64,000 nt of DNA from a virus. How positions within the stretch are numbered: the stretch's first letter is position 1; the number at the start of each line of letters is the position of its first letter. The stretch spans positions 82,165-146,164 of the IMG/VR virus record IMGVR_UViG_3300045125_000119. One strand, given 5' to 3'. Positions 11,433 through 23,209 of the stretch are shown here, piece by piece. A program made the translations under genes and the position numbers. Under the pieces are notes generated by a model. It made no database searches. It had not been told where the DNA came from and saw only the letters and a program-made list of their open reading frames with translations.

Positions 11433-11992
11433 AAGACATCTGCTTGAAGTATCGGGTCACTGAGGAAGAGTACCTGGAATTGAACAAGGAATACGGCCGT
11501 TTGTGTTGGAAGGCCGCTCACGAGTTGAAGAGGAAGAATTCCCGCAACAATTACACCGACGACGCCGAGGACATTTACCAAAAGTCTCGTTGAGGCGATG
11601 TTGCGTGCGGGTTCGTATTACAAGCGTCAAATATGCATAGAAAAATGTCTGGCGCTCGCATAAGGAATACGCCCAAGATGATTTTGTGGGTTGGGTGGTC
11701 AAAGAGCTAAACAGTTTGTGGGAGAATCGCACCCGCCACGGTGCGAACCGGCGAAGTTCGGCCCATTTCAAGAAAAGCTGCTCGACCGCATAATTCGCCC
11801 GTCTGGTCCCCGCCCGTTACAGACCACGTCGCACGGAACCACTCAAGATCGACTCGAAGTTCGGCACATATTGCAAGGCAATTGTGTGGAACAGCCAGAA
11901 GAAGTATGGGCAAACGAATTACTCGTGAAAAGTCTATTCGCTGCGGACAGGTGAGTTTGTCCGAATTCGATCACGTTACGGCCGGAATCTGA
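11429..11992 (+). CDS. Hypothetical protein, possibly sigma-factor-like; frameshifted
   Basis: YGRLCWKAAHEL...DDAEDIYQ resembles sigma region 2; translationally coupled to polA. Confidence 0.35.
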
Positions 11993-12018
11993 CATCGACT
12001 TTTAGCTCAAATAGTTTA

Positions 12019-12047
12019 GAATACGGCGGGATAAGCCCGCCGTATTC
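12019..12047. terminator. Hairpin/terminator
   Basis: GAATACGGCGGG-ataag-CCCGCCGTATTC. Confidence 0.6.
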
Positions 12048-12063
12048 CATATCTGGAGTCACA

Positions 12064-12586
12064 ATGAAAGAATATGTCATTAATTCACACCCGGCTGATT
12101 GACGCCGATGGTCCCAAGGATCGTGTCCCTATTGATTCACAAAGAAACCCGCTTGGCAGGCCGGAGCGGCTCAACCTTCTCGGCGGGAAAGTCGAAGAGG
12201 GCGAGGATACGATTGCCTGTGCCATTCGGGAACTAAAGAAGAGTCGGGATTACAGCCCGACCGATGCACCGACGCCGTATTGCTTTGCGGTTCAATCGTG
12301 GGAAACCAGTCGCTAGTACATTGCGTGCGTATTGACGTGTGTTCTTATGACGCCGTTCTGAAACCGGGGGCAGACGAAATCGAGAAGGTTGAATGGTTCA
12401 ATATGGCCGACGCTATTGTTGACGAGCGTCTGATGCCTAACCTTCAGATCATTATCCCTTTGATGCACATGGGTGTGGTCGGTTGGCAGGTGATTGACCA
12501 GAAATCGTCCTCGATCTACCGGGGTTCATGACGTGACTGTTCACCTGCCCATCCGTAAACCTTTTGAGAATGAGGCCGGAAAGTAA
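12064..12586 (+). CDS. Nudix hydrolase; frameshifted
   Basis: GGKVEEGEDTIACAIRELKEE Nudix box. Confidence 0.85.
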
Positions 12587-14135
12587 TGCGTGAACTGACA
12601 CCAGAAGAACAGGCAAAACTCGAAGCGTTGAGCGGGGACGGGACCAAGGTCAAGTTCTCTTGGGACGACACGTTCCAGCGCAGAATTGATGGGGATGTTG
12701 TTGACCGACCGGGCCATGCTCACGCAGAGCATGGACAAAATAGACCCGGATATTTCTCGAACGAAGTCCACGTCATGGCGTGCAAGATTTTGTTCGAGTA
12801 TTTCACCTAACAGCGTTCGTTGCCGAAATTTGGGTGATGAAGCAGAAATGTCTGACCGCCTGAAGGACCGAGACAAGGCTATCCAGATTCACTTTATGGG
12901 CGAACTGGAAAGTCTCTACACCTATTACGTTCCGGGTCTGGACACCCGTGAATATCTTCTCGAAAGGTGGTGAATTTCGCCAAGGTTCAGGCCGTCAAGG
13001 TGGCCTTCCACCGGTGCGTTGACAAAATGACGGAAGCCCCAGAGGGCGAAGAAACTTGGAGTTTCGTGTACGACCAGATCACGAAAAGCGATGACGGTCG
13101 AAAGGGAACGGGCCAAAGGGTCTTGAGTATTTCATGAACATTGACGAAATGTTCAAGCGGATGAAAGAAAAGATGTCCGGCAAGGACCGGTTCACGACCG
13201 CCTTTGAGAGCATCGACAACGCCTTGACCGGCGGCGGTCTGTTCCCCGGAGAGATTGCAGCTTGGATCGCCCTGCCGGGCGTCGGCAAATCCCTCGCCAT
13301 GTGTAAGGCCGCTGTCGCCAACGTCTTGTTGGGCCACAAGGTTCTTTACTTGACGATGGAAATGGACGAAGTCGGCGTCGGCCAGCGGTTCACGTCGCAA
13401 ATGTTCAAATACGACGTGAACAATTTGTTGGGGATGGAAGCCGAGATTAAGGGGCCATTTCCGACTTCAAAGCAGAGCAAAGCCGACCCGAACCAGTTGA
13501 TGATTACTCAGTTCCCCGGCGGCGTTTTGGACGTGAACGGGATTCGGGCCTACTACAACCAGTTGTCGCTCCGGGGTTGGAAGCCGAACCTGTTGATTAT
13601 TGACTACGTCGGCGAAATGAAATTCAACACCGGGAAACACAAACAGAAGTACGAAGCCGCTTACGAAATTTTGCGCGACTTGAGAGCGTTCGGCATCGAG
13701 GAACAGCACTGCGCGACCACCGCTTTGCAGCCCAGCGCCGGTGCCGCCCGGCTGGAGATTCGCCAGTACATTGACGAATCGAATATCGGCACGGCGTTCG
13801 ACCAGTTCAAGCCTCTTGACGCTTTCTGGAGCATTAACCAGCAGAGTTGTTGAGAAGGACGCCGAAGTCGGGCGTGGGTTCGTGATTAAGCACCGCAACG
13901 GCCGGTCCCGGTTCCCGTTCAGAATGGGCTTCGATTACAAACTAGGTACTCTTGACATTTTCGAGATAAGCAGGATGAAGTATCGGGGAGAGTCGATGAA
14001 TATGATGCAAGATAAGAAGTCCGGTGAGATTCGAATCTGACGCCGTGCCCGGCGAGGCAGAAACAAAAGTCCAAGCGTGGATTTAAGCCCAGCGCAGCCA
14101 TCGAACCTTCCGAAGAGGAATTGCGGGGTGAATGA
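12586..14135 (+). CDS. DnaB/gp41-like replicative helicase; frameshifted
   Basis: IDNALTGGGLFPGE, ALPGVGKS, VLYLTMEM, LLIIDY, KHRNG. Confidence 0.85.
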
Positions 14136-14187
14136 TGAGATACTTGACCAAAGGCGAAAATAATTGCGAAATATCAGCGAAGCCCTA

Positions 14188-14326
14188 GCCTTTGCTATGC
14201 CGATCCGACCTGTTGGCGGGGCAACCCGCATGTGCGGGCGTGCGATCAAGGTCGCATTGACTGTTCAGACGCTGTGTTTGAATAACGGCGAAGTAGCTCG
14301 TCAGGCGTTGCAAGGTCGGCGAAGGC
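14188..14326 (+). ncRNA. Candidate structured leader or ncRNA
   Basis: GCCTTTGC/GCGAAGGC and CCGACCT/AGGTCGG close a multiloop containing GCGGG-GCAA-CCCGC, TGCGATC/GGTCGCA and TTCAGAC/GTTTGAA. Confidence 0.5.
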
Positions 14327-14351
14327 ACTCACATTAACGAACGAGGAACCA

Positions 14352-14923
14352 ATGCCTGAAGCACCAGAAGAGAAAATTATCGTCGCTGTTCGTGGTCGTG
14401 AAGTCGTTCTCGATGACCCGACCAACATGAGAGTTGGTAGCAAGCGCACTTTTGTCTCGGTATTTCGAGTACGAGTACGGTTGGATCGACTATTTCGGCA
14501 AGCAAGAAGAAATGGCCCGGCGTGAAATGCTCGACGCCGAAATTGACGCCGAAGCTTTGTACAGCCAGAAGTACCTCGAGTGCAAAGACGAAGGCAACAC
14601 GGACAGGTACGCCGAAAGCTAAAGCCACCGCCGACCCGGAAGTGATCGCCGCTCGCAAGAAATATACTGAGCGGCGTGAAACTGTCGGTTTGCTCTCGCA
14701 GCACATCAGGCTTGGAGCAAGAACCACAGAAAACGGCGGGAACCGGGGCAACACTCTTCGGGCCGAGTTCAGCGCCCAGAGTCGGGAACCAGTCATCGAG
14801 ACGGACCAGCCGTATACTCCTATGCCCGATGAGGGCACCCCTGTGGCTTTGTCGAGGACGTATTCAAATGACCGACTCCGGCAACAACCCCGGATACGAG
14901 AAAGCTTAGGTCCGATCCGTTGA
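14352..14923 (+). CDS. UvsY-like recombination mediator; frameshifted
   Basis: Helical protein with LYSQKY, ADPEV and NRGNTLRAE; follows the helicase gene. Confidence 0.55.
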
Positions 14924-15161
14924 TGGAAGGCCTTCGAGGATCGGACGATTAAGATCGACGCTCCCGTGATGACACGCTCCCGCCATTCCCGCCACTTGAC
15001 GATTCTGATCCGTTCAAGGGCATTCTCGCCGATTTGACTCCGGTCAAACCAAAGAAGTACAATATAGTTCAAAATATGTTTGGCTAAGGTGCGAAAGAGA
15101 AAATTCAGGAGCATTGGGCAGAGCCGGTGGGAATTCCACTAACTGTAAAGCCAAGCGGAAC

Positions 15162-16077
15162 GATGGGGACGTTGGCGGAACCCACAGGCGGTCACCCGAT
15201 ATTTTGTCCCTATGTCCCTTTGGGCTCAAACCCCTGTGGTGCTGGACCCGGAAACGTTTTCCCGGACGTTCACCGAAATCAAGGTCAAGCCCAGACGGTA
15301 CAGAAGCATTGACGATCCTTGGGAGCCTTCACAGCAGTTTGCTCCGCATCGACGCCCGCGACGCCAAGTACGACCGCATCGCCGAAATATCCGATCCGAA
15401 CCGGGTCAATATTGCAATCGGCACTGGCATCGACTTTATCAGGTACAGTTTCGGCGTCGGTTCTTTGGAGCCAAAAGGCAGGCAGCCTAATTGGGGCCGA
15501 TTTCAGGGACTGGTGAACACTTACCCGATTACGATTGGATTTTCTATCTCGATACTGACGCCATTTTCACAAATATGTCCCGTGACGTGCGTCAGTATGT
15601 CTGACGAAGAAATTACGATCTAATTGTGCCTGAAAACCCGAGAGGGGCACTTGTCCACCGGCGGGATGTTGGTCAGAAATACTCCGTGGACAATGGCATT
15701 TATTCACGATTTATTGGAACCAAACTCCAGTTCATTACCGAGGGGTATACTGGCACTCTCTCAGGAGGCGACGGCCGAATGTATTTTGAGCAGTCGTCGT
15801 TTCACTACCTTTACGACACTAGAGAAGATTATCGCTAAGCGGATCAAAGGTGGTCGAGCGAAAGCTGTTCGCCTCCACCATGTTCGACCACCAGCCGGAT
15901 CATTTGCTTGTGCATTTCCCAGGTCGGGCGCACAAGCGAGAAATGATGATCTGCTACCTGAACGGCGACTACGAAAGACCCAAGCAATTGTACGAATACG
16001 AGATGTCGGTCATGGACATTTATCGCAAATCTAAAGCGGTTAAAAAGGTCAAACTCATTGGGAAGCCATTGTTGTGA
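15162..16077 (+). CDS. Glycosyltransferase (GT34/MNN10-like); frameshifted
   Basis: YDWIFYLDTDAIFTN (DxD motif), LSTGGMLVRNTPW, HFPG. Confidence 0.65.
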
Positions 16078-16291
16078 TAATCCGCTCGATACGCAAAGAG
16101 TCGATGTATCTGAATCTTTCGACCAGTTTGTGTTTTCACATGCGACCGGGGAGACACGAACCCTGCCCGACGACACGCCGCATTTTGACGTTTTGATGAA
16201 CTATGTGTCCCTCGGTCTGATCAGAAATGATCGCCGAAGGGACCGCAAAGGTGAAGAAACGAAGAACCATAGACGATCCTTGGGAACCGTC

Positions 16292-16882
16292 ATGATCGAC
16301 CCGACCAACATTACGGACTACAGTCAGAACGAACGACAACTCGAAGAAGTTTTGCTTTGGTGGGTGTGCGCCGCCGGAAAGAACGGCGTCACCATCGCCA
16401 AGTGTCTGGAAAACCTCTTGCAGACTTTCCGTCATTTTTGCAAATCGGCCAACCCGACGCCGTTCGAGATAATTTCTGCCATACCGCTTCTGCCCGAACA
16501 GATGCGGAATCACGGCATCGGTTGCTACAACAGCAAGGCCCGGACGTTCAAAGCCCTGATATCGGCCAAGCTGGATTTGAAAACTTGCACCGTTGACGAT
16601 CTTGAAGCGATTCCCGGTATCGGCCCCAAAACGGCCCGATGTTTTTTGATTCACAGTCGCCCGAACCAACGACTGGCGGGCGTTGACACCCATTTGTTGA
16701 AGTTCCTTTACGACATGGGCTACGACGTTCCCAAGGGACGCCGGGCAAGAAGAGGTACAAGGAACTTGAGGCTGATTTATTTGTATTTGTGCGATGTCGC
16801 CGAAATGAAACTCGGCCGATTTGGATTTGAAGATTTGGAACGCATACTCGAAAAATGTCGGCAAACCAGAAGACGTGCTGAT
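16292..16882 (+). CDS. HhH-GPD DNA glycosylase-like protein
   Basis: LEAIPGIGPKTARCFL, VDTHLLKFL. Confidence 0.8.
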
Positions 16883-16912
16883 GATTTTCAACATTCCAAA
16901 AAGGAGAGGGGC

Positions 16913-17372
16913 ATGAAGAAGTACAAGGTGAAGATCATCGAAGTTTGGGGCGGGAATTATGACTATGATGAAGATATGCGACGTTGGATCGTCAAGGGCA
17001 TTACCGAATGGACCGAAGTGACGGCCGAGGAATATCAAGTTCTTCAAGGCTATGTTAACAATTACGGTTTTCATGAACGGCAGCGGGGCAACTATGACAC
17101 TTTGCCTCAATTGCTATTGTTGCACGACAACGAAGACCACATGCCGGTTAACGTCCTCGACCAAGTACCTCGAAGACGCCCGAAAGGTAAAGGCTGAGGG
17201 CGAGGCACGTCTTGCAAAGGAAAAGGAAAAGCAACGGAAGAACGAGGAAAAGCGTAGACAGAAGGTCGAAGCCAAGGAGAAGGCTCTGTTGGAAGAACTC
17301 AGGCAAAAGTACGAAGGTCAGCCGCCGATGGTTTGGGAAGACACTCACTCTGAAGATGGAACCCCGAAGTAA
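16913..17372 (+). CDS. Hypothetical coiled-coil protein; frameshifted
   Basis: AGGAG Shine-Dalgarno; K/E-rich C-terminus. Confidence 0.55.
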
Positions 17373-19010
17373 ATGGAACCGTTTAACCTCAAGGTTTGGA
17401 AGTGCCACAAAATTCTTGCCGTGTTGAGTCTGCCGAGCGAACTCTGAAGGGAACCGCTCACGAAGGTGGACTCAAATTTTGCGGCCCTATACACTACGCC
17501 AACAAGTCGGGATTTTGGATGTACCCGGCTGTTGACGTTGATATTTGTTGGCACTGGCGGCAGCAATTTCGAGGTCAAACTTCACCAAGAATTTGACCAA
17601 CTCCGACGCCGCCACTGTTGCGATCACTTTTGACCCCGACCGACGACGTACACCCGGACGTTTGGTGCCCGGCGGAACAGGGCGGAACAAGTTCTCTTGG
17701 GGCACGGTTGACGAGGGCGTAGTTCAGTTCTGGACCGGTAACATATTTGAGACGCCGCCGGGATGGAGCCTGCACATCCGCAGTCCCATCAATTTTCCGA
17801 CAAAGCCCTGTCACGTCATGGAGGGCATCCTCGAAACCGACTGGATGCAACAAGACATATGGGCCAATGTCGTATTTGATCGCAAGGACGAATGGGTCCA
17901 ATTTCGCACCGACACCCCATTTGCTCAACTGGTTCCGGTTCGCCGTGAGAGCTATGCGGAAAAGTGGCAGTTGAGCGAAGAAATCATCAACAGGGACACA
18001 CCGGAGGCGAACCGGGTGTTCGAGTATTGGACTCAGTTCAACGAAAGAAGTTCGCACACGGCGGCAAGCAGGTGTACGCCCCTGATCGGACCAAAGACGC
18101 AACGACGTATTACAAAGAAAAACAAAGGATGTGCGCCGGGCAGATAGAGCCGAAACCCGAAATGCTCAAGTGCCCGTTCCACAAACCGAACCGAACGGTC
18201 GTTTACGTCCTTAACGACACTCGCCCCCGTCATCCGGTAGACGACTGGCCCAAGCACGATTACGTCGAAATGGGTTTGACCAGCTTGAGGATGTTGCGGG
18301 AACACAACAAGAATATTCCTGTAAAGATCATTTTGATTAACAGTCAATATCGGGAAGTGGACGAACGGTTCCAGGCACTTGGGGCGACCATTATTCACAA
18401 GACGAATCATCCCTCCGACCGGTCGTATTTTCCGATGAACAAGTGCTGGGTCGGTGAACTCGAAGAGGATCAGGTTCTATATCTTGACGTGGACACGTTG
18501 TGTGAACGGAGATGTGGCTGATTTATTTTCCAAATACGATTTCGATTACACTGCGGCCGAAAGTGAGTGGATACACCAAAAGGGCTGGAAAATGGAATTC
18601 CTCCCCGGCAGTTATCACCCACAAAATTCCGGGGTGCAATTGTTCAAAAAGGGTTTCCACAAGATCATGTTTTCTAGGCTCCCGGAAGCTCTTGCACGAC
18701 TGAACCCGTTGGACTTTGGTGTTTACCACCCAAATCGAGAATATCCAAGTCCTTTGGCCGAGTGGGTGTGGAGTTATGCGAACGGTTGGACCCGTGAAGA
18801 AGTGGCTGCGTCTTTGGTTGCGGCCGAGCGGCATAAAGGCCGGGTATTTCTGGAAGCAGGACGTGTATAACATTCAGAGGCCCGACGATGTGAACCGGTG
18901 CCGGGAGTCACTGATTTTCCACAGCTACAGCGAGCAATGGAAAATGGTCAACAAATGGCTGGCAAATCGCCGCAAGATGGTATGGCCCGGAAATACGATT
19001 TGTGATAAAC
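17373..19010 (+). CDS. DUF6065-like domain plus GT-A glycosyltransferase (possibly fused); frameshifted
   Basis: FCGP..ANKSGFW, FETPPGWSLHIRSPIN, EGILETDW; then VLYLDVDT and NSGVQLF. Confidence 0.55.
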
Positions 19011-19037
19011 AAGAGTATTCTCAAAAGGGAGTGTCCG

Positions 19038-19540
19038 ATGAAAATCCCGGCGATCCGTCCGCTCAACTTCAACAAGAACTCCCGCTCGATCCTCAAGATT
19101 GAGTTCGACTGCTATACCGATCCTTGGGACGAAGAGACGTTTCGGGACTGCTTCAAACAGAAGCACACTAGGGGCTTGACCGTTGACTTGGACGGAGAAA
19201 TTGTTGGGTTTATCATCTATCAAATTAACAAGAACAGCATTACACTTGTCAACGTGGCCGTGGATAAGGCCCACCGGCGAAAGGGCTATGCGAAAGAACT
19301 GGTTAATTCGGTCAAAAAGTCTTTTGAAGAAAAAGGGCGATCAAATTGGACACCGTTGTGTCTGACATTTGTCTCGAATCTCATCTGTTCCTGAAGTCGC
19401 AAAAGTTTGTGGCGGAACGAGTTGAACGCAAATATTTCAAGGTTGGTGACTCTTATGAAGACGGGTATCGCTTCGTTTTTACCCGGCAAGAGGCGACCAT
19501 GACGCCTGATGAGTTCGAGGAACTGGTTTGTCGAAAATGA
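19038..19540 (+). CDS. RimI-like GNAT acetyltransferase; frameshifted
   Basis: PWDEETF, IVGFIIY, VAVDKAHRRKGYAKEL. Confidence 0.8.
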
Positions 19541-19625
19541 CTGATGACCAAATGGTAGCCGCTACTGTTTTGGCTATGTTTTTGGTTAGTGTAATCCATG
19601 ATGTTAGTTTGCAACTGAGGATTCA

Positions 19626-20249
19626 ATGAAACTAATTCTGCGTGACCGTAACCAGGGTATGGTTGATGCCTGGAATTCTCAATTCCGAGGCGTTCCCGAA
19701 ATGTCGAAATCGGGTGCGGGGATATTTTTGACGTTAAAGCCGATGCCATTGTGTCTCCGGCCAATTCGTTCGGGTTCATGAACGGCGGGATCGACCTTGC
19801 TTATTCCAAGCGGTTCGGCTGGGGGCTTCAGGCAAAACTCCAGAAGCACCTTTTCGATTTATACGACGGTGAACTGCCCGTAGGGGATGCCGTTTGCATT
19901 CTCATTGACAACGATCCCGATTTTAAGTATCTGATTTCGGCCCCGACGATGCGAGTGCCGATGAACATCGTCGGGACTGTGAACGCCTATCTCGCCATGC
20001 GTGCGGTTCCTTCGTATTGTTCGGGGAATGAACGGCGTCGGCATCAATTCGGTGTTGTGTCCGGGGTTGGGAACGGCTATTGGTCAAATGTCTTACGACG
20101 TGGCCGCATTCCAGATGCGAGAAGCTTATCGTGTTGTGATGGAAAACCAGCCTTTGGATTTCCGTGACATTGCCGGATCGTTTTGTTACCACGATGCCAT
20201 GCGTCGTGGCCTTTTCTACTGTGAACCCGAAGCGAACGAGGGCAAATAA
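19626..20249 (+). CDS. Macro domain (ADP-ribose processing) protein; frameshifted
   Basis: ADAIVSPANSFGFMNGGID, ISAPTMRVP, CPGLGT. Confidence 0.9.
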
Positions 20250-20654
20250 ATGGGAGTGGAACATAAGCATTTAATTGTTCGTTGTAATGTCAGCAAGCCT
20301 TTTACCGACGTAGAAAAAACAAAAGATTGGCTTCGCAGACTCGTCAACGCTATTGGAATGAAGTTGTGTAAGAGTGGCGGGCCTCACGTTGATTATGTGG
20401 AAGCCGAAGGGAACAACGGAATAGCTGGCATAGCGATGATCGAAACGTCGCACGTTTCTATCCATTGTTGGGACAAACAAGAACCTCCGTTGGCCCAATT
20501 GGACGTGTACTCTTGTGCAAAGTTCGATCCAGAAACCGTAATGGCTTACGTTCTGGAAATGGAACCCACAAACGTTGAATGCCTGATCGTTGATAGGAAG
20601 GACAGAATCACTTTGGACTTTTTGGGATCACCGGCACACTGGTTCGAGATTTGA
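20250..20654 (+). CDS. speD: S-adenosylmethionine decarboxylase proenzyme
   Basis: HKHLIV, IETSHVSIHCW, LDVYSCAKF. Confidence 0.85.
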   Translation: MGVEHKHLIVRCNVSKPFTDVEKTKDWLRRLVNAIGMKLCKSGGPHVDYVEAEGNNGIAGIAMIETSHVSIHCWDKQEPPLAQLDVYSCAKFDPETVMAYVLEMEPTNVECLIVDRKDRITLDFLGSPAHWFEI

Positions 20655-20677
20655 TTAACATGGGTTGGGAGGGATTT

Positions 20678-20905
20678 GTGAAAAAATATATCCATGTGAG
20701 CCAACACAAAATCAAAGCTAACCGGAAAAATGGCACTCGTGATCCGGTTATCACCGGTAAAATCGTATAAGGACAGCCAGTACGGGCATGAGGTCGTGAT
20801 ATACGACAAGGACGGCGTTGAAGTCGCCCGCATAGTGTACCGCCGGATTGCCCACTATCATGTGGAGCGCATGTTTGGGTAGAAACCCAAAACGAAGTGA
20901 GTAAT
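20678..20905 (+). CDS. Small conserved-type phage protein; frameshifted
   Basis: IHVSQHKIKAN...PVIT...GHEV...PLSCGAHVWVET. Confidence 0.5.
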
Positions 20906-21319
20906 TACCCATGATAAAGAAACTGTTTAGAGGTGGCGGCTGGTGCTTCCTGATCCTCGTCCTACTATTACTTTACGGTTGTTTCAGAACCGGAAGTTGC
21001 GTATTCGGGTGACATCATGGACTTTATGGACAAGTGGTGGTTTTGGGCCTTGTTTATCCCGGTGTGGATCGCCGGAGCCATTTGGTGGTGTTACAAGGTA
21101 ATGACCGCCGCTGAAGACGATCACTGGAGAGATTACTGATGACCAAGTTTCTCGCTTGGTTTTGGTTGGCTCTTATTTTTTCGGCATGTTGGGCCTGATG
21201 GTTTGGGCTTACGGTTTGGAATTTACCCTTATTGTTTGGGCGATAACGTTCGCTTGTGCGGCGTTTATGTTTCTGACGGTGAAAGCCATAGACATTGCAT
21301 CACGACCATAAGGTGAAAG

Positions 21320-21951
21320 ATGATTTCCGACAAGTTCGTGGGCAAGTACATGAGACTTGCCAAGCTGGTGGGCGAAGACAAGAACCCTTGCTACAGCCGT
21401 AAAATCGGCGTGGTAGTGGTTCGGGCCTACGACGACGGTTCTGGCAGAGTGTTGGGTTCGGGTTACAACGGCCCGCCCCGCAAGACGCCGCACTGCGACG
21501 AACCCGAATACCTCCGTGACGTGTTTTGGCCGCAGTTGACGATGCTCGAAAAGAGAAGGTTCTCAAAGCTACTGAAATTGCCGACTGTTGGGACAAATCC
21601 GACTCCGAACAGTGCCAGATGGTTTGTGACAAATTCGGCGGGAGTAAGACCTGCCCCCGCAAAATCATTGGGGCGGCATCCGGCACTCGCCTCGAACTGT
21701 GTAGCTGTGTCCACGCCGAAACGAACGCAATCGTCAACAGTTCGGACGACCTGCACGGGTGCTGCCTCTTTTGTTGGTGTGGGGTTCCCTGTGTCGAATG
21801 CACTAAACTCATCATTAACGCCGGGATCAAGCGGGTGTACGTCATTGATTGGGGAGCCGATTACAGCCACGGTTCCCGGTGGCTGTTCCACAAGGCCGGT
21901 ATCCCCATTGAGGAGCATCCACCCGAATACTACCTAAATTTGGGGGAATAG
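21320..21951 (+). CDS. dCMP deaminase; frameshifted
   Basis: SGYNGPP, VHAETNAI, PCVECTKLIINAGIKRV. Confidence 0.9.
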
Positions 21952-21998
21952 TTGCAGAATTGTTCTGTGAACACTCCATTTATCCAAGGAGGATAATT

Positions 21999-22553
21999 AT
22001 GGAGTGTTTCATAGGGCAAAGATTTGGTCGTCTTGTTATTGTCGGAAGACGTGGGAAAATCAAACACAGTTGGAAATGCCAGTGCGACTGCGGCAAATCA
22101 CTGTGGATTCCACCGTCAAGGTTGACGAAGAAGAATGGACTGAAGTCTTGCGGCTGCAACAGATTCCCATCTGGGGAAAAATGCAGTCGTCGAAAAGGAT
22201 ACAAGGACGTATCTGGTAGCATGATCTACAAGATTAAACGAGACGCCGAGCGGCGAGACATTAGTTTTGACGTTGAGGCGAAATACCTGTACGAATTGTT
22301 CGAGTTTCAACAGGGATTGTGTGCGTTGACAGGCACACCTATAACGCTGCCAAAATGTAACGATGACGATAGACATTACAACTACACGGCCTCACTTGAC
22401 AGAATAGACAGCAAGAAGCCATATGTGGCTGGAAACGTGCAATGGATTCACAAAACGCTTCAATGGATGAAGTGGGATAAACCAGAGTCGGAATTCGTAG
22501 AATGGTGTCGCAAGGTCGCTGTTTATCATGAGCAACAAAGCACGCCGAGCTAA
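21999..22553 (+). CDS. Free-standing His-Me finger/HNH-type homing endonuclease
   Basis: GQRFGRL..WKCQCDCG, KSCGC, CALTG, ASLDRIDSKKPYVAGNVQW. Confidence 0.8.
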   Translation: MECFIGQRFGRLVIVGRRGKIKHSWKCQCDCGKSLWIPPSRLTKKNGLKSCGCNRFPSGEKCSRRKGYKDVSGSMIYKIKRDAERRDISFDVEAKYLYELFEFQQGLCALTGTPITLPKCNDDDRHYNYTASLDRIDSKKPYVAGNVQWIHKTLQWMKWDKPESEFVEWCRKVAVYHEQQSTPS

Positions 22554-23209
22554 ACGTCGAGCCGATGGCCTTTGCAGTGAGTGCAATGAGCCGCTTTGCC
22601 GTTTCTTTCTCGTTGTCAAAAGCACTACGATCTCCATAAAGCCTATATGGGGTCTGAAGAATATAAACAAAAACAAAAAGAAACCGTCCTCAAAAGGAGG
22701 ATGGAAAGGATTTGTGCGTTTATTGCGGCGAACCAGCCTCTCCTGGTATGACACGATGCGAATTTCACTACAAACAACATAAAGAACAAGGGCAACAGAG
22801 AGCCGACGCACGATTGCGAGACGGGCTGTGTAGAAAATGTGGCAAATTACCTCACTGCAAAGATCGACAACAGTGCGAAGTTTGTCTTTTGAAACAAACT
22901 GCTACCACACTCTGGGGCGATCAAAAACGATGGCCGGAGTTGAAGCAGTTGTTGGAAAATCAGCGATATATTTGTGTTTATACGGGCCGAGATGTAAGAC
23001 TAGGAGCAAATGCTTCTATTGACCACATCTTGCCCAGAGCCAGAAATGGCAGCAACGATATTTCTAATTTGCAATGGGTCGATATTGCTGTCAATTGTTT
23101 CAAGCTTAATCAGCTTGGCGAGGAAGTTCTTCAGTTGGCGTTCGAGATTGCCCGTTATAATTACAATGAATTCAAAGCATTCATGGAGGGGCGATGGCCG
23201 TCAGTCTGA
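22528..23209 (+). CDS. HNH endonuclease with CxxC repeats; frameshifted
   Basis: GLCSEC/CVYC/GLCRKC repeats; SIDHILPRARNGSNDISNLQW. Confidence 0.75.
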
